Assembly (NCBI GenBank): GCA_038230375.1
Contig: JBBRNJ010000032.1
Span: 1-64,000 of the forward strand
DNA length: 64,000 bases
Reading direction: 5' to 3'
Origin: Polyangiales bacterium
GTDB lineage: Bacteria; Myxococcota_A; Polyangia; Polyangiales; Polyangiaceae
The notes below the pieces were generated by a model that worked only from the letters and a program-made list of their open reading frames with translations, made no database searches and was not told the DNA's origin. Of this stretch, positions 1 through 9,260 are shown piece by piece (within the stretch, counting starts at the first letter, position 1; every line of letters starts with the position of its first letter). The position numbers were made by a program, and so were the translations under genes.

Positions 1-355
1 AGGTGAGCTCGTAGATGTCCTCGATCGCGCGCTGGGCCTTGAACACCAACGCTTCGAAGCCCGGCGCGATCGGCGTCGCGAACTCCAGGGAGAGCGCCGT
101 GGCGCGCGCGATGACCTCTTGCGGGTCCGAGATCTGCGCGGGCGTGACCTTGTTAGTCACCTCCGAAGCCGTATAGCCGAGCATGCGCTCTGCACCGACG
201 TTGAAGATCTGGATGACCCCCTTTGCGTCGGTGGCGATGCTCGAGAAGTTCGCGCGGTTGAAGATCGCGCTCTGCAGCGCGCCGGTCTTGAGGAGCGCTT
301 CGGCTTGCCTCACGTCCAGGTTCGCGTCTGCGGCGACAGCCGGTGTCTTCATCAT
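1..355 (-). CDS. PAS-domain sensor protein (probably a histidine kinase), N-terminal part; runs off the window edge
   Basis: Manual minus-strand translation from ATG 355: MMKTPAV...GALQSAIFNRANFSSIATDAKGVIQIFNVGAERMLGYTASEV..., a typical PAS fold. Not in the ORF track because it is truncated. Confidence 0.75.
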   Translation of the reverse strand, partial: MMKTPAVAADANLDVRQAEALLKTGALQSAIFNRANFSSIATDAKGVIQIFNVGAERMLGYTASEVTNKVTPAQISDPQEVIARATALSLEFATPIAPGFEALVFKAQRAIEDIYELT

Positions 356-516
356 GCGTGGGTACACATCGTCTCCCGTAGCCCCTGCTGAGCGTCGGAT
401 GGATGCACGCAAGTCCCGATCCGAGGTGATCGCTGCGAAAACTGCGGGTCCTGAGAACCCCGATTGGTGCGTTGTGCCCCTGATGATGCATTTTGCCTCA
501 CCCGCCTCCTGAGCGG

Positions 517-966
517 CTACCGAGCCCGTCGAGAACGGACGAGGAGCCCCAGCACGCCAAGCACGAACAGGGAGGCATCACCGGTGCTGGCGCCGCTCGT
601 ATTGCAGCCCTTCTTCTCGCCCGGTGTCGCGGGGCCAGAGGCGGGGGAGCCAGAGGTGGCGGCGGACGCGGTGGTGCCCACGACACAGAGCGTGCAGTCG
701 TACTCCACGATCTTGCGCTCCGTGGTTCCGTTCGGTCCCGGCGCCATGCCCATGCGGCTGCACTTCTGCGCCGTGCACGTGCCGGCCTTCTTGCTGTCGT
801 CCACGCACGCGTCGCCCGCCTTCTTGTCCCCGCACGTCATGTTCGGCGGAGGCACGTCTGCATGCGCCACGCGCGGCGTCGCAACCAAGGCGATGGACGC
901 AAGGGACACCGTGACGACTGCGAGCGCGATCGCGGGGGGAGCGCGACGAATGGCGACGTTGTTCAT
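517..966 (-). CDS. Small Cys-rich secreted protein with MYXO-CTERM-like C-terminal anchor
   Basis: Signal peptide ending VAHA-D, Cys-rich core, C-terminus KKGCNTSGASTGDASLFVLGVLGLLVRSRRAR (GC, TM, basic tail). Start taken at MNNV. Confidence 0.75.
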   Translation of the reverse strand: MNNVAIRRAPPAIALAVVTVSLASIALVATPRVAHADVPPPNMTCGDKKAGDACVDDSKKAGTCTAQKCSRMGMAPGPNGTTERKIVEYDCTLCVVGTTASAATSGSPASGPATPGEKKGCNTSGASTGDASLFVLGVLGLLVRSRRAR

Positions 967-1027
967 GCCGCCGATGTAACGGCCGCATGGCCCAGGCGGA
1001 AAGCAAAATCGGCTACATTCATCCGCC

Positions 1028-1633
1028 ATGCAAAAGTCAGTGACCCGTTGCACGTGGCCCGGCACAGACCCCCAGTACGTGGCCTATCACGACGAGGAAT
1101 GGGGCGTACCCGAGCGCGACGACCGCGCGCTCTACGAGAAGCTGGTGCTCGACGGCTTTCAGGCGGGCCTCGCGTGGATCACGATCCTTCGCAAGCGTGA
1201 CGCGTTCCGCAAGGCGTTCGACGCCTTCAATCCGGAGAAGATCGCGCGCTACGACGAGAAGAAGATCGCGAAGCTGATGGAGAACGCCGGCATCGTGCGG
1301 AGCCGCCCGAAGATCCTGGCCGCCATCCGCGGCGCGCGCGTCTACCTGGACATGATGGAGAAGGAGCCCGCGGGCTTCTCCGGCTACATCTGGAGCTTCG
1401 CCGAGCGCGAGAAGAAGCCGCGGAAGAAGCTCCGCACGAAGAGCGACATCCCGACGCAGACGGACATGAGCGAGCGCCTGGCGAAGGATCTCAAGCAGCG
1501 CGGCTTCAACTTCTGTGGCCCGGTCATCGTCTACGCATTCGCGCAAGCGGTGGGCCTGGTGAACGATCACCTGGCGACGTGCTTCCGCCACGCCGACTGC
1601 GAGAAGCAGAGAGCGCGCGCGCTCCGGTCATGA
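1028..1633 (+). CDS. tag: DNA-3-methyladenine glycosylase I
   Basis: RCTW, YHDEEWG, FQAGLAWITIL and NDHLATC motifs. Confidence 0.95.
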   Translation: MQKSVTRCTWPGTDPQYVAYHDEEWGVPERDDRALYEKLVLDGFQAGLAWITILRKRDAFRKAFDAFNPEKIARYDEKKIAKLMENAGIVRSRPKILAAIRGARVYLDMMEKEPAGFSGYIWSFAEREKKPRKKLRTKSDIPTQTDMSERLAKDLKQRGFNFCGPVIVYAFAQAVGLVNDHLATCFRHADCEKQRARALRS

Positions 1634-1658
1634 AGCGCGCGCGCTGAGTCAGTCCAGA

Positions 1659-2642
1659 TCAGTTGGTCGTGACGACCTTGTCGCGGCAAACAATCTTCGC
1701 GAGGTTCGTGGACCCCGTTCCGGTGCCGCCGGTTCCGCCGGTGCCGCCGGTTCCGCCGGTTCCGCCGGTTCCGCCCGTTCCGCCAGTCCCGCCCGTGCCC
1801 GTGCCCGTGCCCGACCCAGTCCCGACGTTCGACCGCTGGTAATACAGCTCACACATCTTGTCGCTGTCGCAGCCCGTGTAGACGCACTCGTTCGAGACGC
1901 AGGAGTAGAAGTTGTAGTCCTGGCTGGACCCGCACTCGAGGTCCGTCTGGCACGGCACCGTGCACTTCGTCGTCGTCGTGTTGCACTTCGCCTCGACGCT
2001 GCCGGTGGCCGCGACGCACTCGCGATCCGACTTGCACGTGCCCTCGACGCACTGGCCCGACACGCAGCGGTTGAACGAGGGACACTCGGAGTCGAGCGTG
2101 CAGCCCTTCACGCACTCGCCGCTCACGCACGTGCTGCCACCGCCGCACTGGTCGTTGGTCTTGCACTGAACGCACTTGCTGGAGACGCACGCGTTCGAGG
2201 CGCAGTCCGCATCGAGCTTGCATGCGGGTGCCTGCGCAATACACGCACCGGCGGTGCATGCGTACGCAGTGCCGTCGCACTGGCACTGCGCCTTGTACTG
2301 CGCGCAGTAGGTCGCGGAGCTGGTGCCGCCCAGGTCGCATTGCGACTTCAGTGAGGCGCAGTTCGACGGAGGTGTCGGACAGCAGTCGACGGGCAAGCTG
2401 CACTGGATGATCGCGCACTCCTTGGCCGTGGGCGCGACCTGGAAGTCACCCGTCACGCAGACGCCGCCGGCGACACCGCTGGGCCGCGGCACGCACGAGA
2501 GTCCGCCCGCGCAGTCGTTGGTGACCTGGCAGGCCTCGCCCTTGCGGGACTCGCGCGTGGTGGCGTCCTTCGAGCAGCCGGACGCGAGGATTGCCGCGAG
2601 TGGAAGGAGCGTGCAGAGAACCGTGATCGATCGCTGAAACAT
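1659..2642 (-). CDS. Cys-rich repeat lipoprotein with Gly/Thr-rich linker
   Basis: Lipobox ASGC after a hydrophobic stretch from MFQRS; repeated C-x-x-D-x-[DE]-C modules; (GGT)n linker near the C-terminus. The ORF-track start at 3152 runs through the repeat array and was rejected. Confidence 0.8.
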   Translation of the reverse strand: MFQRSITVLCTLLPLAAILASGCSKDATTRESRKGEACQVTNDCAGGLSCVPRPSGVAGGVCVTGDFQVAPTAKECAIIQCSLPVDCCPTPPSNCASLKSQCDLGGTSSATYCAQYKAQCQCDGTAYACTAGACIAQAPACKLDADCASNACVSSKCVQCKTNDQCGGGSTCVSGECVKGCTLDSECPSFNRCVSGQCVEGTCKSDRECVAATGSVEAKCNTTTTKCTVPCQTDLECGSSQDYNFYSCVSNECVYTGCDSDKMCELYYQRSNVGTGSGTGTGTGGTGGTGGTGGTGGTGGTGGTGGTGTGSTNLAKIVCRDKVVTTN

Positions 2643-2830
2643 GATGGATGGACTCCAAACGGAAATGGAAAAAGGTCGGCGGGAGCGCCGGACGTGGTCG
2701 TCGCGCGCCACAAGCAGCGGGCGTGCCAGCGCGAATCCTCCGATATTTTCCACGCAAACGACACGACAGGTGGACATCGACCACCCAACCGCAGCGCACG
2801 AATGTGGCGACGACGCCACGAGCGGTGGAG

Positions 2831-2950
2831 GTCGAGGTCGAGGTCGAGGTCGAGGTCGAGGTCGAGGTCGAGGTCGAGGTCGAAGTCGAGGTCGAAGTCG
2901 AAGTCGAAGTCGAGGTCGAGGTCGAGGTCGAGGTCGAGGTCGAGGTCGAA
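2831..2950 (+). repeat. Tandem hexamer array (GTCGAG/GTCGAA) x20
   Basis: Counted directly: 20 units, with degenerate flanking units GTGGAG (2825) and GTCTAG (2951); intergenic. Confidence 0.97.
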
Positions 2951-3016
2951 GTCTAGGTCGCGCGTCCTCGGAACCTGTTCGCTGGCGTCGCGGGTCTTGC
3001 TCGCGGACTTGGGGTC

Positions 3017-3144
3017 GCTCCTTTCGCTCGACCAGCGTGTCATCGTGCTCGGACGCCTCAAGGCCAGGCCAGCTGCGCTGGTCGCCTGCGGCGAGCCTTG
3101 ACCCGTCCTCCGCGCGATGACCCACCGGTCGGAGCGAAAGGAGC
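3017..3144 (+). promoter_or_regulatory. Long imperfect 5'-leader hairpin sequestering the RBS of four-helix-bundle gene 1
   Basis: Arms: GCTCCTTTCGCTC 3017-3029/GAGCGAAAGGAGC 3132-3144 (contains SD AAGGAG); GTCATCG 3039-3045/3115-3121; GGACG 3051-3055/3104-3108; TCAAGGC 3058-3064/3095-3101. Confidence 0.75.
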
Positions 3145-3150
3145 TCGCAC

Positions 3151-3471
3151 ATGGACTTGAGGATTTACGGCGTGATCATCGAGACGGTTGGGATGCTGGG
3201 GGGCGAGATGGAGTTGATCGGGCGGCGGGACCCGGACCTGGAGAGACAGATGCGGCGTGCGGCGGCCAGCATCGCGTTGAACACCTCGGAGGGCTCGTAC
3301 TCTCGCGGAAGGAACGCGCAGCTACGGTTTCACACGGCGCTGGGCAGCGCGCGGGAGACGCTGGCGTGTATCGAGGTAGGCGTTGCGCTCGGCTATGTGC
3401 CCTGCGTGAGGGACGAAGTGCGCGCGCGCATGCGCCAGATCCTGGGCACACTCACGAAGCTCACGCGGTGA
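3151..3471 (+). CDS. Four-helix-bundle protein (TIGR02436 / 23S rRNA IVS protein-like / Avd-like)
   Basis: Motifs LRIY, DLERQMRRAAASIALNTSEG and ALGSARE; SD AAGGAG 7 nt before ATG. Confidence 0.85.
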   Translation: MDLRIYGVIIETVGMLGGEMELIGRRDPDLERQMRRAAASIALNTSEGSYSRGRNAQLRFHTALGSARETLACIEVGVALGYVPCVRDEVRARMRQILGTLTKLTR

Positions 3472-3482
3472 GCAAGCAGACT

Positions 3483-3510
3483 GCGCCGCGGAGAGCGATC
3501 TCCGCGGCGC
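3483..3510. terminator. Perfect 12-bp GC hairpin between the convergent four-helix-bundle genes
   Basis: GCGCCGCGGAGA-GCGA-TCTCCGCGGCGC, with a GNRA loop on +. No long U tract, so a terminator role is inferred. Confidence 0.55.
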
Positions 3511-3522
3511 GCTCCTTCGCGC

Positions 3523-3873
3523 TCAGCGCATCAGCGCGGACAACATCTTCGCGAGGTTCTGACATCGCCACATGATGTCGACCGCGGTGGCGTGATCGAG
3601 AGCACCGATCGCGTGGGCGCCGTCCGCCGCACCAGATGTCTCGCACGCGCTGTTCCGAGCACCGGTGAAGTACTTCCGCATGCCCACCGAGAAGTTCGGA
3701 AGTCCTTCGGCAACATGCAGAAAGACGCTCTTGCTGGCCCGTCGAGCCTGGTCGCGAAACTCCTCATCCTTGATCCCCGCCCGATGCACAGTCACCACGA
3801 GCTCCTTGGCAAACCGGTAAACATCCAGCCTCTGAAACGGCATGAGGCAATCAATCTTCGCAGTGTCGTTCAT
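3523..3873 (-). CDS. Four-helix-bundle protein (TIGR02436 / Avd-like), second divergent paralog
   Basis: Motifs FQRLDVY, DQARRASKSVFLHVAEG and ARNSACE; SD AGGAGG 5 nt before ATG. Confidence 0.85.
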   Translation of the reverse strand: MNDTAKIDCLMPFQRLDVYRFAKELVVTVHRAGIKDEEFRDQARRASKSVFLHVAEGLPNFSVGMRKYFTGARNSACETSGAADGAHAIGALDHATAVDIMWRCQNLAKMLSALMR

Positions 3874-4029
3874 GGGGTCCTCCTGACATGGCGTCGTCCC
3901 CCCGGGGCACGCGTCCTCGCGTTGTCAAATCCCGGCGACGGCCCCGAGGTATTCCGTCGCGACGGCGGGGTCTGACAACGCGAGGACGCGTGCCATTCGC
4001 AAGCATGTCAGGAGGCCCCCGTGAACGAC
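3865..4029 (-). promoter_or_regulatory. Long 5'-leader hairpin sequestering the RBS and start codon of four-helix-bundle gene 2
   Basis: 3865-3890 pairs with 4004-4029 (24/26); 3906-3927 pairs perfectly with 3973-3994 (22 bp); inner 7-bp stem 3935-3941/3954-3960. Confidence 0.8.
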
Positions 4030-4063
4030 CGCGAGCAAAAGGGCCCCACCGCACAGAGCAAAG

Positions 4064-4135
4064 GTCGATGTCGATGTCGAAGTCGATGTCGATGTCGATG
4101 TCGATGTCGATGTCGATGTCGAAGTCGTTGTCGAA
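4064..4135 (+). repeat. Tandem hexamer array (mostly GTCGAT, also GTCGAA/GTCGTT) x12
   Basis: Counted directly; intergenic, 10 bp from the stop codon of the DUF1624 gene. Confidence 0.95.
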
Positions 4136-4145
4136 CTCGCCCTCG

Positions 4146-5363
4146 CTACAGGTAGCTGAGCCAGAAGTCCTTCCGCCTTGCCTTCACGCCCGCCATCCAC
4201 CGGCAGAACGGAAACAGCACCGCGATCACGAACGCCCAGACTCCGTAGACACCCAGCAGCGAGGTCCCGTAGCCCTTCGGGTACAGGAAGAAGATGGTGA
4301 AGAACTGTCCCGGCGCAAACCCCTGCGTCGTGCCGAGCACGACAGTGAGTCCGTGGAGGAGGTAGAAGTGCGCCACGTAGAAGGCGAACGGGACGCGACC
4401 GAAGATCACCAGCGCGTCCTTCACGCGGCCGTGGATGCGGTCCGCGTATGCGCAGAGGATCGTGGCTGGGCCGATCGTCATCAGCGCGTACTGCAGGCTG
4501 GGCGGGTACTTCGTCGTGTTCAGGAAATCGATCACCGTCGTCACCAGGCCGCGCTGCTGCACCTCCCAGTGATTCATGTCTCCGTACGCGTCCAGCGAAC
4601 GGAGCACCACGAACGCAGCCACGAGCCAGGTGCCTATGCGGAGGAGCCTTCTGTCGCGCGCCTTCGGTTCGAGCTCGAAGATGGCCGACGCGCCGAAGCC
4701 GGTGAGCATGAGCCCGACCCACGGCAGTAGCGGATACGCGAACACGAACCGCCACGGCCCCACGACGCGGCCCACCTGCGAGTGCAGCGCGACCCACAGC
4801 GGCAGGTTCGGCGTCTGCGCGGTGGTCACCGGCCACACCCAGTCGAGCGCGTTGTGACCCAGCACGATCGCGATGCCGATGAAGAGCGTGGCGCGCCTGC
4901 CGAGGAGCTGCACCACGGACAGCACCAGCATGCTCGCGCCGATCGCCCAGATCACCTGCATGGGCACCAGGATCTTTCCGCCCATCTGCGGGATGCCGAG
5001 CGGAGCGAACGTGAAGCCGGTGGAGATGATCGCGATCTCCACGAAGACCAGCCACAGACCGCGCTTCGTAAGGAAGGCTGCGAGCTCCGTGGGCGACCTG
5101 CGCTTCGTCATGAGCCCGGCGCTGACGCCCGCGGACACCACGAACACGGGCGCACAGAAGTGCGTTACCCACCGCGTGAGAAACAGCGGTAGGCCCACGT
5201 TCGGATCCTTCGTCGGATCCTGCATCGCGCCAGCGAGAAAGAAATCGCGCGTGTGATCGAGCGCCATGATCACGACCACGAGACCGCGAACCATGTCGAG
5301 CGAAGTCAGCCGATATGCGCGCAGATCCTTCGCGGTGGCGGTCGCGGCTTCGGTACTGCTCAT
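4146..5363 (-). CDS. DUF1624 / heparan-alpha-glucosaminide N-acetyltransferase-like membrane protein
   Basis: RLTSLDMVRGLVVVIMALDH, TRWVTHFCAP and KYPPSL motifs; multiple TM segments. Confidence 0.85.
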   Translation of the reverse strand: MSSTEAATATAKDLRAYRLTSLDMVRGLVVVIMALDHTRDFFLAGAMQDPTKDPNVGLPLFLTRWVTHFCAPVFVVSAGVSAGLMTKRRSPTELAAFLTKRGLWLVFVEIAIISTGFTFAPLGIPQMGGKILVPMQVIWAIGASMLVLSVVQLLGRRATLFIGIAIVLGHNALDWVWPVTTAQTPNLPLWVALHSQVGRVVGPWRFVFAYPLLPWVGLMLTGFGASAIFELEPKARDRRLLRIGTWLVAAFVVLRSLDAYGDMNHWEVQQRGLVTTVIDFLNTTKYPPSLQYALMTIGPATILCAYADRIHGRVKDALVIFGRVPFAFYVAHFYLLHGLTVVLGTTQGFAPGQFFTIFFLYPKGYGTSLLGVYGVWAFVIAVLFPFCRWMAGVKARRKDFWLSYL

Positions 5364-5404
5364 GGGTGCACACGATCGCACAAAACCCCGAGGAAAGTGG
5401 GTTC

Positions 5405-5433
5405 TTGACCGCTGAACATAGTTCCAGTATAGT
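5405..5433 (+). promoter_or_regulatory. sigma70-type recA promoter with a putative LexA (SOS) box in the spacer
   Basis: TTGACC 5405-5410, 17-bp spacer, TATAGT 5428-5433. The spacer holds CTGAACATAGTTCCAG (CTG-N10-CAG); its reverse complement ends GTTCAGC, like the Myxococcus LexA half-site. Confidence 0.75.
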
Positions 5434-5500
5434 GTCCCTTCCGACGACGCAATAACGCCCTTCAACGCCAGCCCGGTCCCAGCACTCAGGAGCACGCATC

Positions 5501-6766
<1,266 letters not shown>

Positions 6767-6816
6767 CCCGAGAAGTGGTCGACATCCAGGGATCCGGCGC
6801 ACAATGGCCGGACCCG

Positions 6817-7371
6817 ATGTTGACCACCTGGTTCCTTGCGTCCGACGCGCTCCTTGCCGAACGTTTTCGACTTGGTGTCGCGCGTGAGGTCAAGGACCCG
6901 TTCACGGGCGGCACCATGAAGATCGCCGGGCCCGTCTGGGAGCCGCTCGCCGATCTTCCATACTTCCAGATCGACGACATCCAGCTCGAGACGGTGGCGC
7001 TCCTCTTCGAGGTGGATGCGCTCGAGGAACTTGATCGCACGCGCGCAGTGACCGGGAGCGAACAGGGGCGGGGGACCCTGGTGTCCGGGTTGCCTGCGCT
7101 GTATCGCGTGCGCGCAGATGCCGTGGCCGCATTCCAGAAGGGCCGCAAGAACCGCGTCGTGCGCGTGAAGTCGTTCGGTGACCTTGCGCGGGCGAGGGGG
7201 CTGCGGCTGGGCATCGACGTCGGGGCATCGCCCTCGTTCCTGGAGCGCTCCGGTGCGTGGCGCGCAGAGGTGTTGCCCGACACGGAGAGCGAGCTCTTCG
7301 AGGCATTCGCCACGCTGCTCGAGGACTCGGACCCGGGCGCGGCCATTGTCGCGCTCGCGGAGGAGACGTAG
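6817..7371 (+). CDS. Hypothetical protein
   Basis: ORF with plausible composition between recA and the next gene; start uncertain (GTG 6775 or ATG 6817). Confidence 0.6.
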   Translation: MLTTWFLASDALLAERFRLGVAREVKDPFTGGTMKIAGPVWEPLADLPYFQIDDIQLETVALLFEVDALEELDRTRAVTGSEQGRGTLVSGLPALYRVRADAVAAFQKGRKNRVVRVKSFGDLARARGLRLGIDVGASPSFLERSGAWRAEVLPDTESELFEAFATLLEDSDPGAAIVALAEET

Positions 7372-7386
7372 ATTCGGGGCACCGAG

Positions 7387-8079
7387 ATGCCCATCGATCC
7401 GGCCCTGCGCGGGCAAGCCATCGAGATGCTCAAGAATGGACACGTGCCTGGCGCGGTCCACACGTATCTCGTGCGCGCGGGCGCGCCGTTCGAGGAATCG
7501 CAGGCCTTCGTCCATGAGCTTCTGCAACTGAAGGCGCAGGCGGAGGCGCGCGATCCGGCGCGGCTTCGTGAGCACGCCACGTGGATGCTCTTCCAGCGTG
7601 CGCCGGTCGCGGACGTCCTGGCGTATTTCGCGGGCCTCGGGATCGCGGAGGAGCACGCACGTCCAGAGATCGATCGCCTCGCTGCGATCGTCCCGCAGAT
7701 GGTCCCATGTCAGGTGTGCAGCCGGCCCATGCTCCCGCAGCACGCGTTCTTCGACGCGCAGGGCAACCAGGTCTGCAAGACGTGCAACGTGCGCAACGAG
7801 CTCGGCGCCGCACAGGAGCGCGCCATCCAGAGCGAGCAGAACGAGCGCAACAACGCGCTCGCGATCGGCATGCTTGGCGTCTTCAGCGGCGCGCCGCGGC
7901 TCGCCGTGCGCGGATTCGCGGCCGCATCACGCAGCGGCCCAGCGCCCGGGCCCACCACGTGTCCGAGCTGCAAGCTCTCCTCGGGCGTGCATGTGACGCT
8001 GTTGCCGCCGCACCTCGCCGCGGGGCTCGCGCCGGGATGGACCTACGCGTGCGGCCGCTGCGGAGCTGGCATCGCGTAG
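7387..8079 (+). CDS. Hypothetical protein with two CxxC...CxxC zinc-ribbon-like motifs
   Basis: CQVC...CKTC and CPSC...CGRC flank a short hydrophobic segment. Confidence 0.7.
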   Translation: MPIDPALRGQAIEMLKNGHVPGAVHTYLVRAGAPFEESQAFVHELLQLKAQAEARDPARLREHATWMLFQRAPVADVLAYFAGLGIAEEHARPEIDRLAAIVPQMVPCQVCSRPMLPQHAFFDAQGNQVCKTCNVRNELGAAQERAIQSEQNERNNALAIGMLGVFSGAPRLAVRGFAAASRSGPAPGPTTCPSCKLSSGVHVTLLPPHLAAGLAPGWTYACGRCGAGIA

Positions 8080-8110
8080 GCATCTCTGTAGTGCACTGCC
8101 CTGAAGTGGC

Positions 8111-9220
8111 TTATTTCTTCGGCGGCGGTGGCTTTGCGGGGGGCGCACTGTTTGACGTGGCGGGGGTGGCGGGCTTGTTCTCGAAGGCCTTGCGCTGCGC
8201 GTTGTACTCACTCTCCAGACGGCGCGCTACGTGCTCCACCACCTCATAGAGCGCCGTCTCCTTCGTGAGCTTCGCCTGGTCCGCCTTCAGCTTGTCGGAG
8301 AATCCCTCGAGCGTGCCGGCCCAGGCAAGCGGCTCGCGCTCCTTGGGCGTCTTCGCCTTGTCCGGCACCGGGTGGCCGGCGGCCTTCGCAATGTCGGTCA
8401 TGTACGTGAGGTAGAGGCCCTTCTTGATCGGCTTCGTGGCGTCGTCCGGCACGGCGGGCACCGGCACGCCGAAGAGCAGCTTCGCGGCGCCGTCGAGCGC
8501 GTACACCTTGAGGTGCTTGGGCAAGCCGCGCGAGAGCGTGAGACGGTCCATCGCGCAGAGGAGCGCGATCGCATGCGCCTCTGCCGACAGATCGCCGACG
8601 TCCAGGTTGAGCAGCGTCTCCAGCTCCTTCGTTGCGCGGAGCGGCGCGACGGCGGCGGCCTCGTCCGCGGAGAGCTTGTCCGGCTCCTTCTCCAGATCGC
8701 GCTTCACCTTCGCGGCCGCGCGGCGCGCCTGCGTGAGCTCCTTCTGCGCGGCGGCGACCTGCTTGTACAGCTTGTCGAGCGCGTCCTTTCGCGGCCCGTC
8801 GACCGCGTCGTCCTTCGCGAGAACGGCGATCTTCGAGCCGACGAAATCCACGCCGGTCGCGTCCAGCGCGCGCAGCTGCTCCATGTGCTCCTTGTCGTCA
8901 CCACCAGCTATCGCGAGCACCTCGTGACAGCGCGCCTCCGTGGTGGCCTTGCGCGTGTCCTTCGCGTCGCCCTCGCCATCGCTCCACACACCGCCGAACC
9001 AGCATGCGGTCGTCAGGATCAGGAGCTTGTGCGCCGTTACGTTGTCCTTCGGCCCGACACCCGTTGTCACGGGTGCGCTCCCATCCATGGCGGGCGCCGC
9101 CGCATCGGCATCCGTCGTTGTCGTCATCGGCGGTGGTGTGGGCGCGGGCTTGGGACCACACGCCACGACCCCCATCGCGACGGAGAGCATGAGACCAGCG
9201 GAGAGTGAGCGGCGTTGCAT
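8111..9220 (-). CDS. Alpha-helical lipoprotein
   Basis: Lipobox VVAC after a hydrophobic stretch; Lys/Ala-rich helical body. Confidence 0.75.
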   Translation of the reverse strand: MQRRSLSAGLMLSVAMGVVACGPKPAPTPPPMTTTTDADAAAPAMDGSAPVTTGVGPKDNVTAHKLLILTTACWFGGVWSDGEGDAKDTRKATTEARCHEVLAIAGGDDKEHMEQLRALDATGVDFVGSKIAVLAKDDAVDGPRKDALDKLYKQVAAAQKELTQARRAAAKVKRDLEKEPDKLSADEAAAVAPLRATKELETLLNLDVGDLSAEAHAIALLCAMDRLTLSRGLPKHLKVYALDGAAKLLFGVPVPAVPDDATKPIKKGLYLTYMTDIAKAAGHPVPDKAKTPKEREPLAWAGTLEGFSDKLKADQAKLTKETALYEVVEHVARRLESEYNAQRKAFENKPATPATSNSAPPAKPPPPKK

Positions 9221-9260
9221 GCGCCGGAGCTTCGCGAAAACGGCGAACCGTGACAAGCAA

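Noticed and set aside
1712..1815. 9-bp and 6-bp periodic repeats
   Set aside because: They encode the (GGT)n/(GT)n linker of the Cys-rich lipoprotein.
2453..3152. ORFs encoding (VE)n, (RS)n, (GR)n, (DL)n and (RP)n tracts
   Set aside because: They are translations of the stop-free hexamer array in different frames, with no start context or domain content.
2831..4135. CRISPR array, DGR or rRNA intervening sequence
   Set aside because: Repeats are 6-bp tandem units without spacers; there is no cas gene, reverse transcriptase, TR/VR pair or rRNA sequence in the window.
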